A stretch of 41,172 nt of DNA, from NCBI RefSeq assembly GCF_001194135.2, contig NC_068984.1, positions 17,427,607 to 17,468,778 of the forward strand, read 5' to 3'. The DNA comes from Octopus bimaculoides. Lineage: Eukaryota. Below the pieces are notes generated by a model. It worked only from the letters and a program-made list of their open reading frames with translations, was not told where the DNA came from and did not search any database. Below are positions 10,444-22,250 of this stretch, piece after piece. Numbering within the stretch: the stretch's first letter is position 1; the number at the start of each line of letters is the position of its first letter. Made by a program: the position numbers and the translations under genes.

Positions 10444-10867
10444 TTAAATATGTCTCAGACATATTTGAACTAGTGACAAGTTTGTATTTATATAAATCAT
10501 TGCTTAGCATTTCTAATCCATATCTGTGTATTTATTTTTCACTTACAGTATATCTGGTACTGCATTATTCAGCTTGTCCTTTGTTGAAAATAGTAGCGTG
10601 TGATTGAAAAGAGAGATTTGCTTGCTATTTCCAGCAGGTAATTTGACCACATAAAGGTTTCCTTGGTAGCATAAGTACTGATGCAGGTAAGGGTGAATTT
10701 GGTAGAAAACTGGACTTGATAGTTCATATCTAATGTACAGAACTTTTACCTAAATTTGAGAAAACTAATTGTAAAATTTCAAGAGACTCACCAGAGTCTG
10801 TAGAATAAGTGACAGAAAAATTCTGCAATTTTCATAAATTAAAATATTTGTTTCATACAAAAAACAA

Positions 10868-10912
<45 letters not shown>

Positions 10913-11769
10913 GGTGGGGGCTTTGTTGTAAAGAAAGAAATCTTCATTGGTTAGTACTTAATACTAAACAAATTGTAAATTCTAATTTTGTTTTCTCAAT
11001 TAAAAATATTTTCTTCACATAATAACTTGTGATGATGAGATCCTAGATTCATTCACTTGATATTAATTATAATTAGATCTTTAAAATCAATGACACTAAC
11101 ATCAGACTTCTCTTGTCAAGAGCAAGAAACGTCCTTGAACATCAAAGCCAAATGAATTGAATGCTCTCATTTTACAAATGCAAAAAAAACAAAAAAACAA
11201 AACAAAACAAAAAACAACAAAAAAAAACCTTACAACTTAGCAACAGAATTTACTTCATTTTATTTTTATCAATTTTTCTTAGGATTCTTAAAAATTTCAG
11301 TGTGGAATAGCTAACTATAGCAATGAGTTTACATAAATTCTAAATTAATCACTTAGTTGGAACATTGCAATGTCTTCTGAGAGCTTTACCAATTTTATCT
11401 TTCTCTAAGCTATTTAACATTTCATCTTGAGTTTGATAAATTGAAGCAAATTTTTCTTTTTTTCAAATGCAGTTCAGATTCTGTGAATTGAAATATATAT
11501 ATGTATATATATATTCACAATTCATGAACTAAAGAATTTTCCTTATTTATTTGGCCAAAATATCCAACAGTTTTGGTTTAATTCCACCTGACAAATGAAT
11601 GCAATTTTGGAGAATGAAAAAGGGAAAAAGGACTAAGAAAAATTTATCTGATGTGAATTGATTGATATTTTGTGAATTGTATTAAATCAAAATGTTAAAG
11701 AAGACTGGAATAAATTTGTGAAACAGTTTTATGTATTTAATGATAAAGATTTCATATTCAAGATATATT

Positions 11770-12058
11770 AGGTCGATGCCAGTGCCCCTTGATTGGTTCC
11801 TGTGCTGGTGGCATGTAAAAAGCACCATCTGAACATGATCGATGGCAGTGCTACCTACTGGCTCCTTTGCCAGTGGCACATAAAAAGCATGCACTACACT
11901 CTCGGAGTGGTTGGCATTAGGAAGGGCATCCAGCTGTAGAAACCTTGCCAGATCAGATTGGAGTCTGGTGCAGCCTACTGGCTTGCCAGTCATCTGTCCA
12001 ATTGTCCAACCTATACCAGCATGGAAAACGGATGTTAAACGATGATGATGATGATGAA
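11770..12058 (+). mobile_element. SINE family A
   Basis: Same core and (GAT)n tail as 1-333. Confidence 0.75.
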
Positions 12059-12238
12059 GGATGTCAGGTCACTTGTGAGGTCTCTCATGAGTGCTACTGG
12101 TAAAATGGAATCTAGTACAATCTGTTGCCTGGTCTGGTGATTGACAACAAAACCAGCACCTGCACTAGGCTTGCCTGGTGAGGAGGATTGCTAGAAACCC
12201 AGCAGGACTAAAACAAGACCCAGTAACACTCTGAAAAG

Positions 12239-12423
12239 CTGTGGTTCTCAACTGGGGTCCTTATATTTCTACAATACACAAGATATTTTAACAGTTTTTT
12301 TTTTATACAATTCCTAATTATGAAAATATAAAACGATTTCTTAAACACTGAATGCCTATGAGAGCCATCTGAGAAAATAGGAATCAAAGAAGTTCATAGA
12401 CAAAAAATGGTTGAGAAACGCTG
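12239..12423. mobile_element. hAT-type MITE
   Basis: CTGTGGTTCTCAAC / GTTGAGAAACGCTG; degenerate TSD CTGAAAAG / CTATAAAG (6 of 8 match). Confidence 0.65.
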
Positions 12424-12550
12424 CTATAAAGGAAAGGCATCTAACAATAAAAACCATGTCAAACACATATGAACAAGATATACTCCTCCAACTCATACAA
12501 GTGGGCTGTAACCATCATGACCCACCTGATGCAGGACAGAAAGTGAGCGC

Positions 12551-13625
12551 ATGATTCATGATGATAATGATGATGATTATGATGATTATGATGATGATGA
12601 CGTTGATGATAATGAGGTGGGTGATAATAAAGATGATGATGATGATGGTAGCAGCAGTGATGGTGGTGGTGGTGGTGCGGATGGTGACGATTATGATGAT
12701 AATGGTGATGATGATNNNNNNNNNNNNNNNNNNNNNNNNNNNNNNNNNNNNNNNNNNNNNNNNNNNNNNNNNNNNNNNNNNNNNNNNNNNNNNNNNNNNN
12801 NNNNNNNNNNNNNNNNNNNNNNNNNNNNNNNNNNNNNNNNNNNNNNNNNNNNNNNNNNNNNNNNNNNNNNNNNNNNNNNNNNNNNNNNNNNNNNNNNNNN
12901 NNNNNNNNNNNNNNNNNNNNNNNNNNNNNNNNNNNNNNNNNNNNNNNNNNNNNNNNNNNNNNNNNNNNNNNNNNNNNNNNNNNNNNNNNNNNNNNNNNNN
13001 NNNNNNNNNNNNNNNNNNNNNNNNNNNNNNNNNNNNNNNNNNNNNNNNNNNNNNNNNNNNNNNNNNNNNNNNNNNNNNNNNNNNNNNNNNNNNNNNNNNN
13101 NNNNNNNNNNNNNNNNNNNNNNNNNNNNNNNNNNNNNNNNNNNNNNNNNNNNNNNNNNNNNNNNNNNNNNNNNNNNNNNNNNNNNNNNNNNNNNNNNNNN
13201 NNNNNNNNNNNNNNNNNNNNNNNNNNNNNNNNNNNNNNNNNNNNNNNNNNNNNNNNNNNNNNNNNNNNNNNNNNNNNNNNNNNNNNNNNNNNNNNNNNNN
13301 NNNNNNNNNNNNNNNNNNNNNNNNNNNNNNNNNNNNNNNNNNNNNNNNNNNNNNNNNNNNNNNNNNNNNNNNNNNNNNNNNNNNNNNNNNNNNNNNNNNN
13401 NNNNNNNNNNNNNNNNNNNNNNNNNNNNNNNNNNNNNNNNNNNNNNNNNNNNNNNNNNNNNNNNNNNNNNNNNNNNNNNNNNNNNNNNNNNNNNNNNNNN
13501 NNNNNNNNNNNNNNNNNNNNNNNNNNNNNNNNNNNNNNNNNNNNNNNNNNNNNNNNNNNNNNNNNNNNNGTGGTGGTGGTGGTGCGGATGGTGACGATTA
13601 TGATGATAATGGTGATGATGATGGT
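12551..13625. repeat. (GAT)n/(GGT)n microsatellite spanning N-gap 12716-13569
   Basis: Direct inspection. Confidence 0.9.
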
Positions 13626-13644
13626 AGTGGTGGTTTCATAAATA

Positions 13645-13675
<31 letters not shown>

Positions 13676-14519
13676 GTGTAAATATAATACTGAAAATAGA
13701 AAACTTTACAAAAAAAAAAACCCAGTTCCTTTAGCAGTAATGTCAGCTTATTCAACCAATAAGAATTGCGTGGAAGATTAAAATACGAATTCCAGGATTT
13801 GTGCACTGTAATCTAAGAGATGGTATTTGCCAGAAATGCAATCGTTGAAAGGTCAGATGTTTAGGTTAGACTGGGTAATATTTTGGAAGAGATCGACTAT
13901 AATTATTGATGAAGAGTTTTTCTTACTTGAGGCATTTTAAATAAGAAGATTTCTCATGGAGATGAGTTTTGAAGATTTTTCTAGTAGAGGGCTATTTGTA
14001 GGATTTTTGTGAAGTTGGTGTAGTTACGTTTGACATCCTAGATGTTGCAGAAATGGTACTTATTTTTTTTTTTGGAACATCAGTGTTGACTCATGCACAC
14101 ATATGCACATACATGCAAACAATCTCTCTCTCTCTCTCTCACACACACACATACACTAACACACACACACAAACACAGGTGTGTTCACAGACACATACAC
14201 ACATGCATGCTTACATGTTAGCCCAGAGCAAACCCATCAAGATGTAGAAGTAGAAAGGACAACCTTTTAACAGGGAATATCTTTAAGCAATATCTCTGTG
14301 AAGTGAATCTAGCTTTCATTTCTAAAATCATTCTAGACACCAGTTGCCTTGTCAGGTAGAACGAGACATCCTTATTCACATGCACACATGCATACATTTG
14401 TGCATATCGATGTAAATGTCAATATACGCAACACATACATACAAATGCACAGGCATACAGATGCACATCAGGCTGATAAGATGTTTTAGTTTTAATGATG
14501 TATTACATATGAAGAACCT

Positions 14520-14905
14520 ACTACGTATGTGCATGTGTGTGCATGCATATCTGTATGAATCCATTTATTATATGTGGGCAGGTATATGGACATGTGGGTG
14601 TATCTACGTGCACATATGTGTGAGTGCATGTGTGTGTATATATGTGTGTACATGTAGGTGCATCTGCATGCACATGCACACTAATATATACACACAAATG
14701 CTTGTGTGCACATGCATGTTTTTATGCACATGTATATTTGTGTTCAAATGCATATGTGCAAATGCACATGTATGCATGTATATGCATATGAATGTATGTG
14801 CATGTTTGTATGTGCATGCTTGTGTGTACATGTTTGTATGTGCATGTTGAATATGTGTATGTGTGTGCATATATGTGTGCACGTGTGTATATGTGTATGT
14901 GTGTA
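14520..14905. repeat. Degenerate (TG)/(TATG)-rich low-complexity tract
   Basis: Direct inspection. Confidence 0.85.
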
Positions 14906-15167
14906 TAAATGCCAGAATCATCTGTCTTTTATGAGTGCCGGTATACAGTACACAGCCAAATTTAATAGACTCAGCCTTCTCTAAGCTCTTCAAATAATGC
15001 CGTCTTCTTATGGACAAAGATTCTCTTTTGAAACAGTAAGCAGAACATTATGATAAGCACTTTGAAGAGAAATGGCAAACACTGGAAACTTCAAAGGCAA
15101 TGATTCTCCAAAAATAAACTTTACTTGTAGAAATATATAAAAATAGTAAAAATATTCTTTTCTACTC

Positions 15168-15370
15168 TAGGCACAAGGCCTGAAATTTGGGGGGAGGGGA
15201 CCATTCGATTAGATCGACCCCAGTACACAACTGGTACTTAATTTATCGACCCCAAAAGGATGAAAGGCAAAGGTGACCTCAGCAGTATTTGAACTCAGAA
15301 TGTAAAGACAGACGAAATACTGCTAAGCATTTCGCCCAGCATGCTAATGTTTCTGCCAGCTCGTTGTCTT
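15168..15370 (-). mobile_element. SINE family B
   Basis: Well-preserved reverse complement of the family B head and core. Confidence 0.8.
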
Positions 15371-15439
15371 AAAACTGGTAAAGATATTCTTTAAACAATT
15401 TTGTTATTACAGTTCTGTTGAAATACAATACCTTCGTTG

Positions 15440-15736
15440 TAATTAATTTTACTCCACAGACATGTATACCCTTCACGTAGTTCTCAGGGAGATTCATTGT
15501 GACACAAAGTGTGACAAGGCTGGCCCTTTGAAATACAGGGACAACAGAAACAGGAAGAAAGAATGAGAGAAAGCTGTGTTGAAAGAGTACAGCAGGGTTC
15601 ACCACCATCCCCTGCCGGAGCCTTGTGGAACTTTAAGTGTTTTTGCTCAATAAACACTCACAATGCCTGGTCTGGGAATTGAAGCCCTGATCCTATGACC
15701 GTGTGTCCGCTGCCCTAACTGGGCCATTGCACCTCC
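15440..15736 (-). mobile_element. SINE family C (tRNA-like head), tail type 1
   Basis: Head GGTGCAATGGCCCAGTTAGGGCAGCGG..TTCAATTCCC; about 190 bp shared with 31544-31739. Confidence 0.7.
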
Positions 15737-15775
15737 ACATCATATATATATTTACACACACACACAGACACACAT

Positions 15776-15809
<34 letters not shown>

Positions 15810-15959
15810 CTATATAGGGTGTCCGTGAATTTCAGACATTACTTTTTCTCCCCAATGGTTATTATATGTTTTTGATAACATAATAGGTTAGATAGGATGA
15901 TGTCTATATTAGAATATTACAATAACCAATAATATGTTGTGCATGTATAGTAATATTAC

Positions 15960-16053
15960 GATCGTGAAATTAGCATTAGCCTATCTCACTCTTTCTCGCA
16001 GAATCCCTAGGTACCTTTTGCGGAACCCTGGTAACCCTGGTTGAGAAACGCTG
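15960..16053. mobile_element. Right end of an hAT-type MITE; left end not identified
   Basis: GGTTGAGAAACGCTG terminus identical to the one ending at 12423. Confidence 0.35.
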
Positions 16054-16344
16054 CCTTGTTGGATGGTCATAGGTACTCATTAGTTCATCTGTCCTTTCAC
16101 AGTAATTGTTTTCCTTCCAGCCAGGTTTTCAAAATTAACCACTTCTTCATCCACGGGCTACTGTTTCATGGTCTGGCTGTTGCAACTAAACTGGCAACCT
16201 ACACTGAAATCTATTTATGTATGTATGAGTGTTTGTGTGTGTTTATCTGTGTGTGTGTCTATCTGTGTGTGTGTGTATCTGTGTGTGTACCATCATCATC
16301 AAGATCCCTTAACTGATGCAGCCAGTCATTGGGGTGCCAATATA

Positions 16345-17007
16345 CAGGGTGTCCACAAAGTTTGGGTACATGGGGATTAACACATACTTTAAGAAATTAT
16401 TATTTCTTATATTTAATTGTTTATGTTATGATTTTATTTACTCCATGTACCCACATGGGGATTAATACATACTTTAAGAAATTATTATTTCTTATATTCA
16501 ATTGTTTATGTTATGATTTTATTTACCCCATGTACCCACATGGGGATTAACACATACTTTAAGAAATTATTATTTCTTATATTTAATTGTTTATGTTATG
16601 ATTTTATTTACNNNNNNNNNNNNNNNNNNNNNNNNNNNNNNNNNNNNNNNNNNNNNNNNNNNNNNNNNNNNNNNNNNNNNNNNNNNNNNNNNNNNNNNNN
16701 NNNNNNNNNNNNNNNNNNNNNNNNNNNNNNNNNNNNNNNNNNNNNNNNNNNNNNNNNNNNNNNNNNNNNNNNNNNNNNNNNNNNNNNNNAATATACAGGG
16801 TGTCCACAAAGTTTGGGTACATGGGGATTAACACATACTTTAAGAAATTATTATTTCTTATATTTAATTGTTTATGTTATGATTTTATTTACCCCATGTA
16901 CCCACATGGGGATTAATACATACTTCAAGAAATTATTATTTCTTATATCTAATTGTTTATGTTATGATTTTATTTACTCCATGCAGCCAGACTTTGCGGA
17001 CACCCTG
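16345..17007. mobile_element. Tc1/mariner-type MITE with an internal 85-bp tandem array (spans N-gap 16612-16789)
   Basis: TA-CAGGGTGTCCACAAAGTTTGG ... CCAGACTTTGCGGACACCCTG-TA; array units start at 16369, 16454, 16539. Confidence 0.8.
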
Positions 17008-17099
17008 TAAATGCTTTCATAGTCAGCTGCAGCCACTGGTTTCTATTCTCTGTTATACATAGGTAATACACCAGTAGTGCCTATGGATACATTTATCCC

Positions 17100-17330
17100 T
17101 TGGATGGTCGCACAACCTCTAACTCATACGAAATATATAGTAGAAAAACAGCCGACAACTGATGAAGGGTCGTTTTTTTATACTGCTTGTCTTGTTTTCC
17201 ATTTGTTTCTTATGTTCTTCACAAAAAGTTCGTATTCCATGTTTTCATATTTCGTATTTCATGTTGTTTATGTTCTGTGGTGTCCTGTGCCCATATATGC
17301 ATATGTATATACATATATATATGTATGAAC
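17100..17330 (+). mobile_element. CTGATGAAGG-led T-rich unit abutting (TA)n, possibly PLE pLTR-derived
   Basis: Same layout as 1570-1720 (CGAAA...CTGATGAAGG, T-rich body, TA repeat). Confidence 0.3.
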
Positions 17331-17409
17331 ATATATGTATGTATGTATGCATATATATTTATATATATTATTTATATTATTGTATATATTTATATATATT
17401 GTTTATATT

Positions 17410-17458
<49 letters not shown>

Positions 17459-17725
17459 NNNNNNNNNNNNNNNNNNNNNNNNNNNNNNNNNNNNNNNNNN
17501 NNNNNNNNNNNNNNNNNNNNNNNNNNNNNNNNNNNNNNNNNNNNNNNNNNNNNNNNNNNNNNNNNNNNNNNNNNNNNNNNNNNNNNNNNNNNNNNNNNNN
17601 NNNNNNNNNNNNNNNNNNNNNNNNNNNNNNNNNNNNNNNNNNNNNNNNNNNNNNNNNNNNNNNNNNNNNNNNNNNNNNNNNNNNNNNNNNNNNNNNNNNN
17701 NNNNNNNNNNNNNNNNNNNNNNNNN

Positions 17726-17804
17726 GGTTTCACCAGTCCTCAGTCAAATCGTCCAACCTATGCTAGCATGGAAAGTGGACATTAAATGACAATGATGATG
17801 ATGA

Positions 17805-17810
<6 letters not shown>
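17726..17810 (+). mobile_element. SINE family A tail emerging from a gap
   Basis: CAGTCCTCAGTCAAATCGTCCAACC.ATGCTAGCATGGAAAGTGGAC + (GAT)n. Confidence 0.75.
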
Positions 17811-17849
<39 letters not shown>

Positions 17850-18263
17850 CATATATATTATATATATATATATATATACATGCTATGTACACAAGTACCT
17901 CCACACATGGGTACTCACACATGCACACACACATACAATTTCACCACACATACACAAACCAATATGCACTCTCCAGCCATTAAAAACCACAATCATCTCT
18001 CAATACCCAGTGATCAAACATGTAAGTTACACACAAGTGTTTTCTCCTTCCTGACTTTCTCTTCCTATCTTCTTCCTTCTTCCTCCTCTTCTCTGGACTT
18101 TCATCTGTTAATCCAACAAAGGGCTATGCCTGAAGCATCTTACGTTTCCTCTTTCACTTCATAACTTTTCTCTTTGAGCTTCAAACTAATAATATTCAAT
18201 GAGTGCTCTCCTTGAACTTTTATAGTTTTTGTCTTTGAATTCATCTTTTATTATTGATTTACT

Positions 18264-18293
<30 letters not shown>

Positions 18294-18296
<3 letters not shown>

Positions 18297-18500
18297 CATC
18301 CTAATTGTTTAATGTTCACTTTCCATGTTGGCACGGGTTGGATGGTTTGACTGAGGACTGGCACGCTGGGTGGTTGCACCAGGCTCCAATCTGATCTGGA
18401 TGGCCTTCCTAATGCCAACAACTCTCAGAGTGTAGTGGGTGCTTTTTATGTGCCACCAGCATGGGAGCCAGTCAGGTAGCACTAGCATTGACCATGCTCA
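18294..18500 (-). mobile_element. SINE family A
   Basis: Reverse-orientation tail and core. Confidence 0.7.
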
Positions 18501-18501
18501 A

Positions 18502-18541
<40 letters not shown>

Positions 18542-18551
18542 NNNNNNNNNN

Positions 18552-19095
18552 GCGGTACTGGAAATTAATAGTTATCGCCAAGCCAACATGGCAGTCCCAA
18601 AATTAGGACGAAAGCTGCCGTGAATTAGCTCCAAGAAGCCATCGCCTCTAGCTAGCTATGTGACACACGAAACCTGTGTCCTTTATAACCTTCGAACAGG
18701 GGAGGTCAGCAGTGTCCCCCTGCTGGTTTGGCATCTGCAGACTAGACTAGTTTCAGGGTGTTGCCCCTTGTCAATGCAGAGTAGCCAAGCCTTAGCCATC
18801 ATCTATCATCCAGGGTTTTAAATCTGGGTTTTGTCCCCGTTAACAGGGGTGGCTGGATCTACCTCAATGCCATAGCAACCAAGGTAGGCAGATGCAGCCA
18901 ACCCCAACCTTTGATCTGGCTGGTGCCTGCTCTCCTTTGCTATCATGAGGCTTTTTTGGAGCTGGGTTTTTTCCTGGTAGCATGCCCTAGACATGAGTGG
19001 TCCAGAGACCAAGGCCTCTACCACGATTTTTAAGAAATGTGGTGGAAAACAAGCTCAGGAAGGCAGGGACGCTACTCCCTATGACCCCTTTCGGA
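18552..19095 (-). mobile_element. GC-richer unclassified segment, possibly a non-LTR (RTE-like) 5' UTR
   Basis: Abrupt rise in GC and CpG content; no RT or endonuclease motifs recognised; classification and strand tentative. Confidence 0.25.
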
Positions 19096-19104
19096 GCCCC
19101 CTAC

Positions 19105-19330
19105 CTACATTATTTAATGTCCATTTTCCATGCTGGTATGGATTATATTGTTTGACTGGAATTAGTAATCCAGTGAGCTGCACCAGGCTCCGTTCTTGGT
19201 TTGGTTTCTACAGCTGGATGTCCTTCCTAATGCCAACCACTCTGTGGAGTGTACCAAGTGCCTTTTACATGTCACTGGCATGAGTGCCTTTCAAGTGTCA
19301 CTCACATGGGTGCTTTTCCAACATCACTGG
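19105..19330 (-). mobile_element. SINE family A
   Basis: GTTTCTACAGCTGGATGTCCTTCCTAATGCCAACCACT. Confidence 0.65.
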
Positions 19331-19364
19331 TATTCACTACAAATGTATATATCTACATGTGTTT

Positions 19365-19535
19365 TTCTGTTTGTCTCCCATTCCACCATTTAACAACTGA
19401 TTTTGGTTTTTCTTTTATTCTTTTATTTGTTTCAGTTATTTGACTGTGGCCATGCTGGAGCACTGCCTTTATGTTTATGTTTTGCTTATGTTCCTGTAAC
19501 TTAGCAGTTTGGCATAAGAAACTGATAGCATAAGG
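19365..19535. mobile_element. SINE family D mosaic: a minus-strand tail embedded in a plus-strand internal fragment
   Basis: GTTTCAGTTATTTGACTGTGGCCATGCTGGAGCACTGCC flanked by plus-strand family D pieces (TAACTTAGCAGTTTGGC). Confidence 0.5.
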
Positions 19536-20569
19536 TCTAGTATAGAGAGACAGGGTAACGCCATTAGTAGAAGAGGTTGGGAAGATGAAAAGGGGAGAGC
19601 AAGGTATAGTATCTGAATAAAACAGGGGACACCAAACAAAAAGAAGTTAAAAGAAGTTAGTATAAGTTAAGGGCATTTGTGAACGAGATAGGAGAAATTA
19701 ACAAATGAATGAAAATAACGACTGAGAAATTAACGATTGAGAAATGAAAAATGAAAAATGAAAAAATTAAAAGCTGAGGCTGTGTGAAAGGGTGAGATTT
19801 TAACAGATTACATGAAATGTAAGGAGACCCTTGGAAATCATTTTAAATTCACACACACACATGTACAGACATATGTGTGTGTGTGTGTGTGTGTGCATAT
19901 ATAAATGTACATAGATGTGTGTATCTATAATACAGATTGTGTGTATCTATAATACAGATTGTGTGATATCTATATACATGTATGTATTTAAATATGCACA
20001 CATACACACACACACACATGTATATATTCACATTATTCATCAAAAGGTTTCCAGTATTTCCTTCCATACCTTTGATAAAGACATTTTTCCCCATGTGTTT
20101 ATGAAATTCATATTTTTCAAATGAATAGTAACATGTTTTCCTAATTAAAACATAAACAATTGCATAACAGAATACAACATTTCATATCAAAATACATAAG
20201 CCTGCCTAAAACTAATACTGACATTTGAAAACTTCAACAAAAGAAAATGCCAAAAATAATTATAACCACAAAACACAAGCAACAACCAAAAGGACTGAAA
20301 CTTATATTTTAATGCATATTTCCTAAGAAAATATTCTTATAATATTTCTATACTAAATAACAAGTCTATACATTTTATTGAAGATTGAGACAGGTCGAAA
20401 AAATGTATGAATATTATTAGGCAAATGTTGATATTTCATATAATTAGCTCTATATCGTAATTAGATTTTGATATATTATTGCTTGTTCATTACTGTATAT
20501 GTCAGACGCAAGTGGTTTGAGATGTAAGCACTTGTCTATATAGATTAGCTTTGCTTGAATAACTGTTAC

Positions 20570-20624
20570 CTGGTTGTCATGGAAACAGATAGATATTTAA
20601 AATGGCAGTCTGACATTTACTGTT
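20570..20624 (-). CDS. Candidate start-codon exon (ATG at 20616; MSDCHFKYLSVSMTT, ends in phase 2)
   Basis: Very long T-rich tract then CACAAG| acceptor; donor CAG|GTAACA; in-frame TAA immediately before the ATG; lies in about 1 kb free of recognisable TEs. Confidence 0.25.
20573..20586. promoter_or_regulatory. RFX X-box motif
   Basis: GTTGTCATGGAAAC fully matches the consensus GTHNYYATRRNAAC; function untested. Confidence 0.35.
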
Positions 20625-21156
20625 CTTGTGATAGAATCATTGCAAAAAATAAATAATAATAATAAAAAAAAAATAGAATAAAATAAAAGGTAAAAGAAAG
20701 AGAAAAAAAGGGAAGGGAAGCAAAAAGATGAAATGGTATGTTAAAGAATACTAAAACTCAAAGAAAACCAAAAATGTACTGGGATGAAAATAATTTTAGT
20801 TTTTCAAATACAAAAACAAAAAAATTCAGAAAAAATAGAAATAGATAAAATAAGTTTCTTATAAGTTGTTGTTCTTTTGGTTTCTGATTTCTAAGTATTA
20901 TTTTATTAAAATGAGTTTTGTTTTAAGAAAAAAGTTATTGCGCAACACAAAGCTATTTAGATGTAAAGAACAGTTTTATATATATCTGCGTAATTTTAAA
21001 AAGTGTAGTTGTGGAACAGTTTGCCTGTAGGTAGAAATACCGTTTGTTGGTTGTGTTTTGTTTCATTTTAATCTAAAGAATCATCTGAAACAATAAGTTA
21101 GGCAAACAACTAAGTTTTTAAAATTTTTTTGCAAACAAATTTTTCTAAATTCTTAC

Positions 21157-21315
21157 ACAGGCATGGCTGTGTGGTTAAGAAGCTTGCTTTGTAACCACAT
21201 GGTTTCAGGTTTAGTCCCACCCTGTGGCACCTCAGGCAAGTGTTTTATACCATAGGTCTGGTTTGACCAACGGCTTGTGAGTGAATTTGGTTGATGGAAA
21301 CTGCTTGTAAGTCCA
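21157..21315 (+). mobile_element. SINE family D head fragment
   Basis: CAGGCATGGCTGTGTGGTTAAGAAGCTTGCTT..AACCACATGGTTTCAGGTTTAGTCCCAC. Confidence 0.7.
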
Positions 21316-21819
21316 TCATCATAATTATACTGAGTCTTTGTGTTTTAAAAAGTAAAAGAAAACATAGGAACAAAGGCCCTGAGAAACTAAGGCCCTTGGG
21401 GGGGAAATGCAGGGGTTTTGCTTTTATATGGGTCTTTTTTGCAAAACTTTCCAATCAAAATTGAGGTGTATCTATGAAGTTAGAGACCGTCTAGGCTGAG
21501 AAATATGGCAATTATATACAAAGAGGTATATATACAGAAGATTGCTTACCAATCACAGGGTTTCTGGCTCAGTCTCACTGCATGACACCTTGGGTGAGTA
21601 TCTTCCACCATCATCTTAGTCTTGGCTCTCTGTCAGTTACAACAATGAAAGTTCCGGTTCACATTGGTGGCAGCAGCAGCAGTAGTAGTAGTCTTGGATT
21701 AATTACGCATTATCTTGTAGCTTTGAGATTTTGATGATGTGACTATTTATTTTTAAAATGACATTGTAGGGCAGGTGTAAGAAGTTGGACCTGGTTTGCT
21801 TGAACATAAAACATGTATC

Positions 21820-22250
21820 CCAAATCTAGATGACCATCCATAACAATGGGCTGAAGATCACGTTGTGAAAGTGCATACTGTGATCCATGAAAATTGTCCC
21901 TGAGCAGTCTGTGAAATTTCTAAAGAATGATGCAACTGTAAAAGCTCAATAGTCATCGATTTTAAAAGAAAACTTGAAGATGTATTGTTTTTTTTTAAAA
22001 ATTTTTTATGAAATTTATGCCATGTCAGCTGACTGAGCAACAGTAGAAATGAGTCATAGTCAACCATTATCACTATTTATTCATTATCATTGTCATCATT
22101 ATTGTCATCGTCATTGTCATCATCATCATCGTCATCATCATCATCATCATGTTCCATACTTGCATGGTTCAGTTCAAATGAAAACTTTCTGAAAAGTGGC
22201 ATAACAGGTATCAACCTGTGGTTGTAGCTTGAAACAAAAAAGGTAGTTGG
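21820..22250 (+). pseudogene. Highly decayed mariner transposase N-terminal fragment split by (TCA)n
   Basis: VKVHTVIHEN..AVCEISKE..KSSIV (HTH-like), FMPCQLTEQQ (WVPxxL-like), then after the microsatellite ENFLKSGITGINLW..ETK (like FLxRIITGDETW..ETK). Confidence 0.45.

Noticed and set aside
12660-13622. Identical ~50-bp sequence on both sides of the N-gap
   Set aside because: Typical unmerged contig overlap; cannot be called a real duplication
16790-16830. Second copy of the MITE left TIR after the gap
   Set aside because: Probably redundant assembly of the same array end; needs long reads
16369-16980. Regular array superficially like CRISPR
   Set aside because: Units are near-identical throughout with no unique spacers, the context is eukaryotic, and no cas genes are present
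19915-19965. 22-bp unit repeated about 2.5 times
   Set aside because: Ordinary slippage within a TG/TA-rich tract
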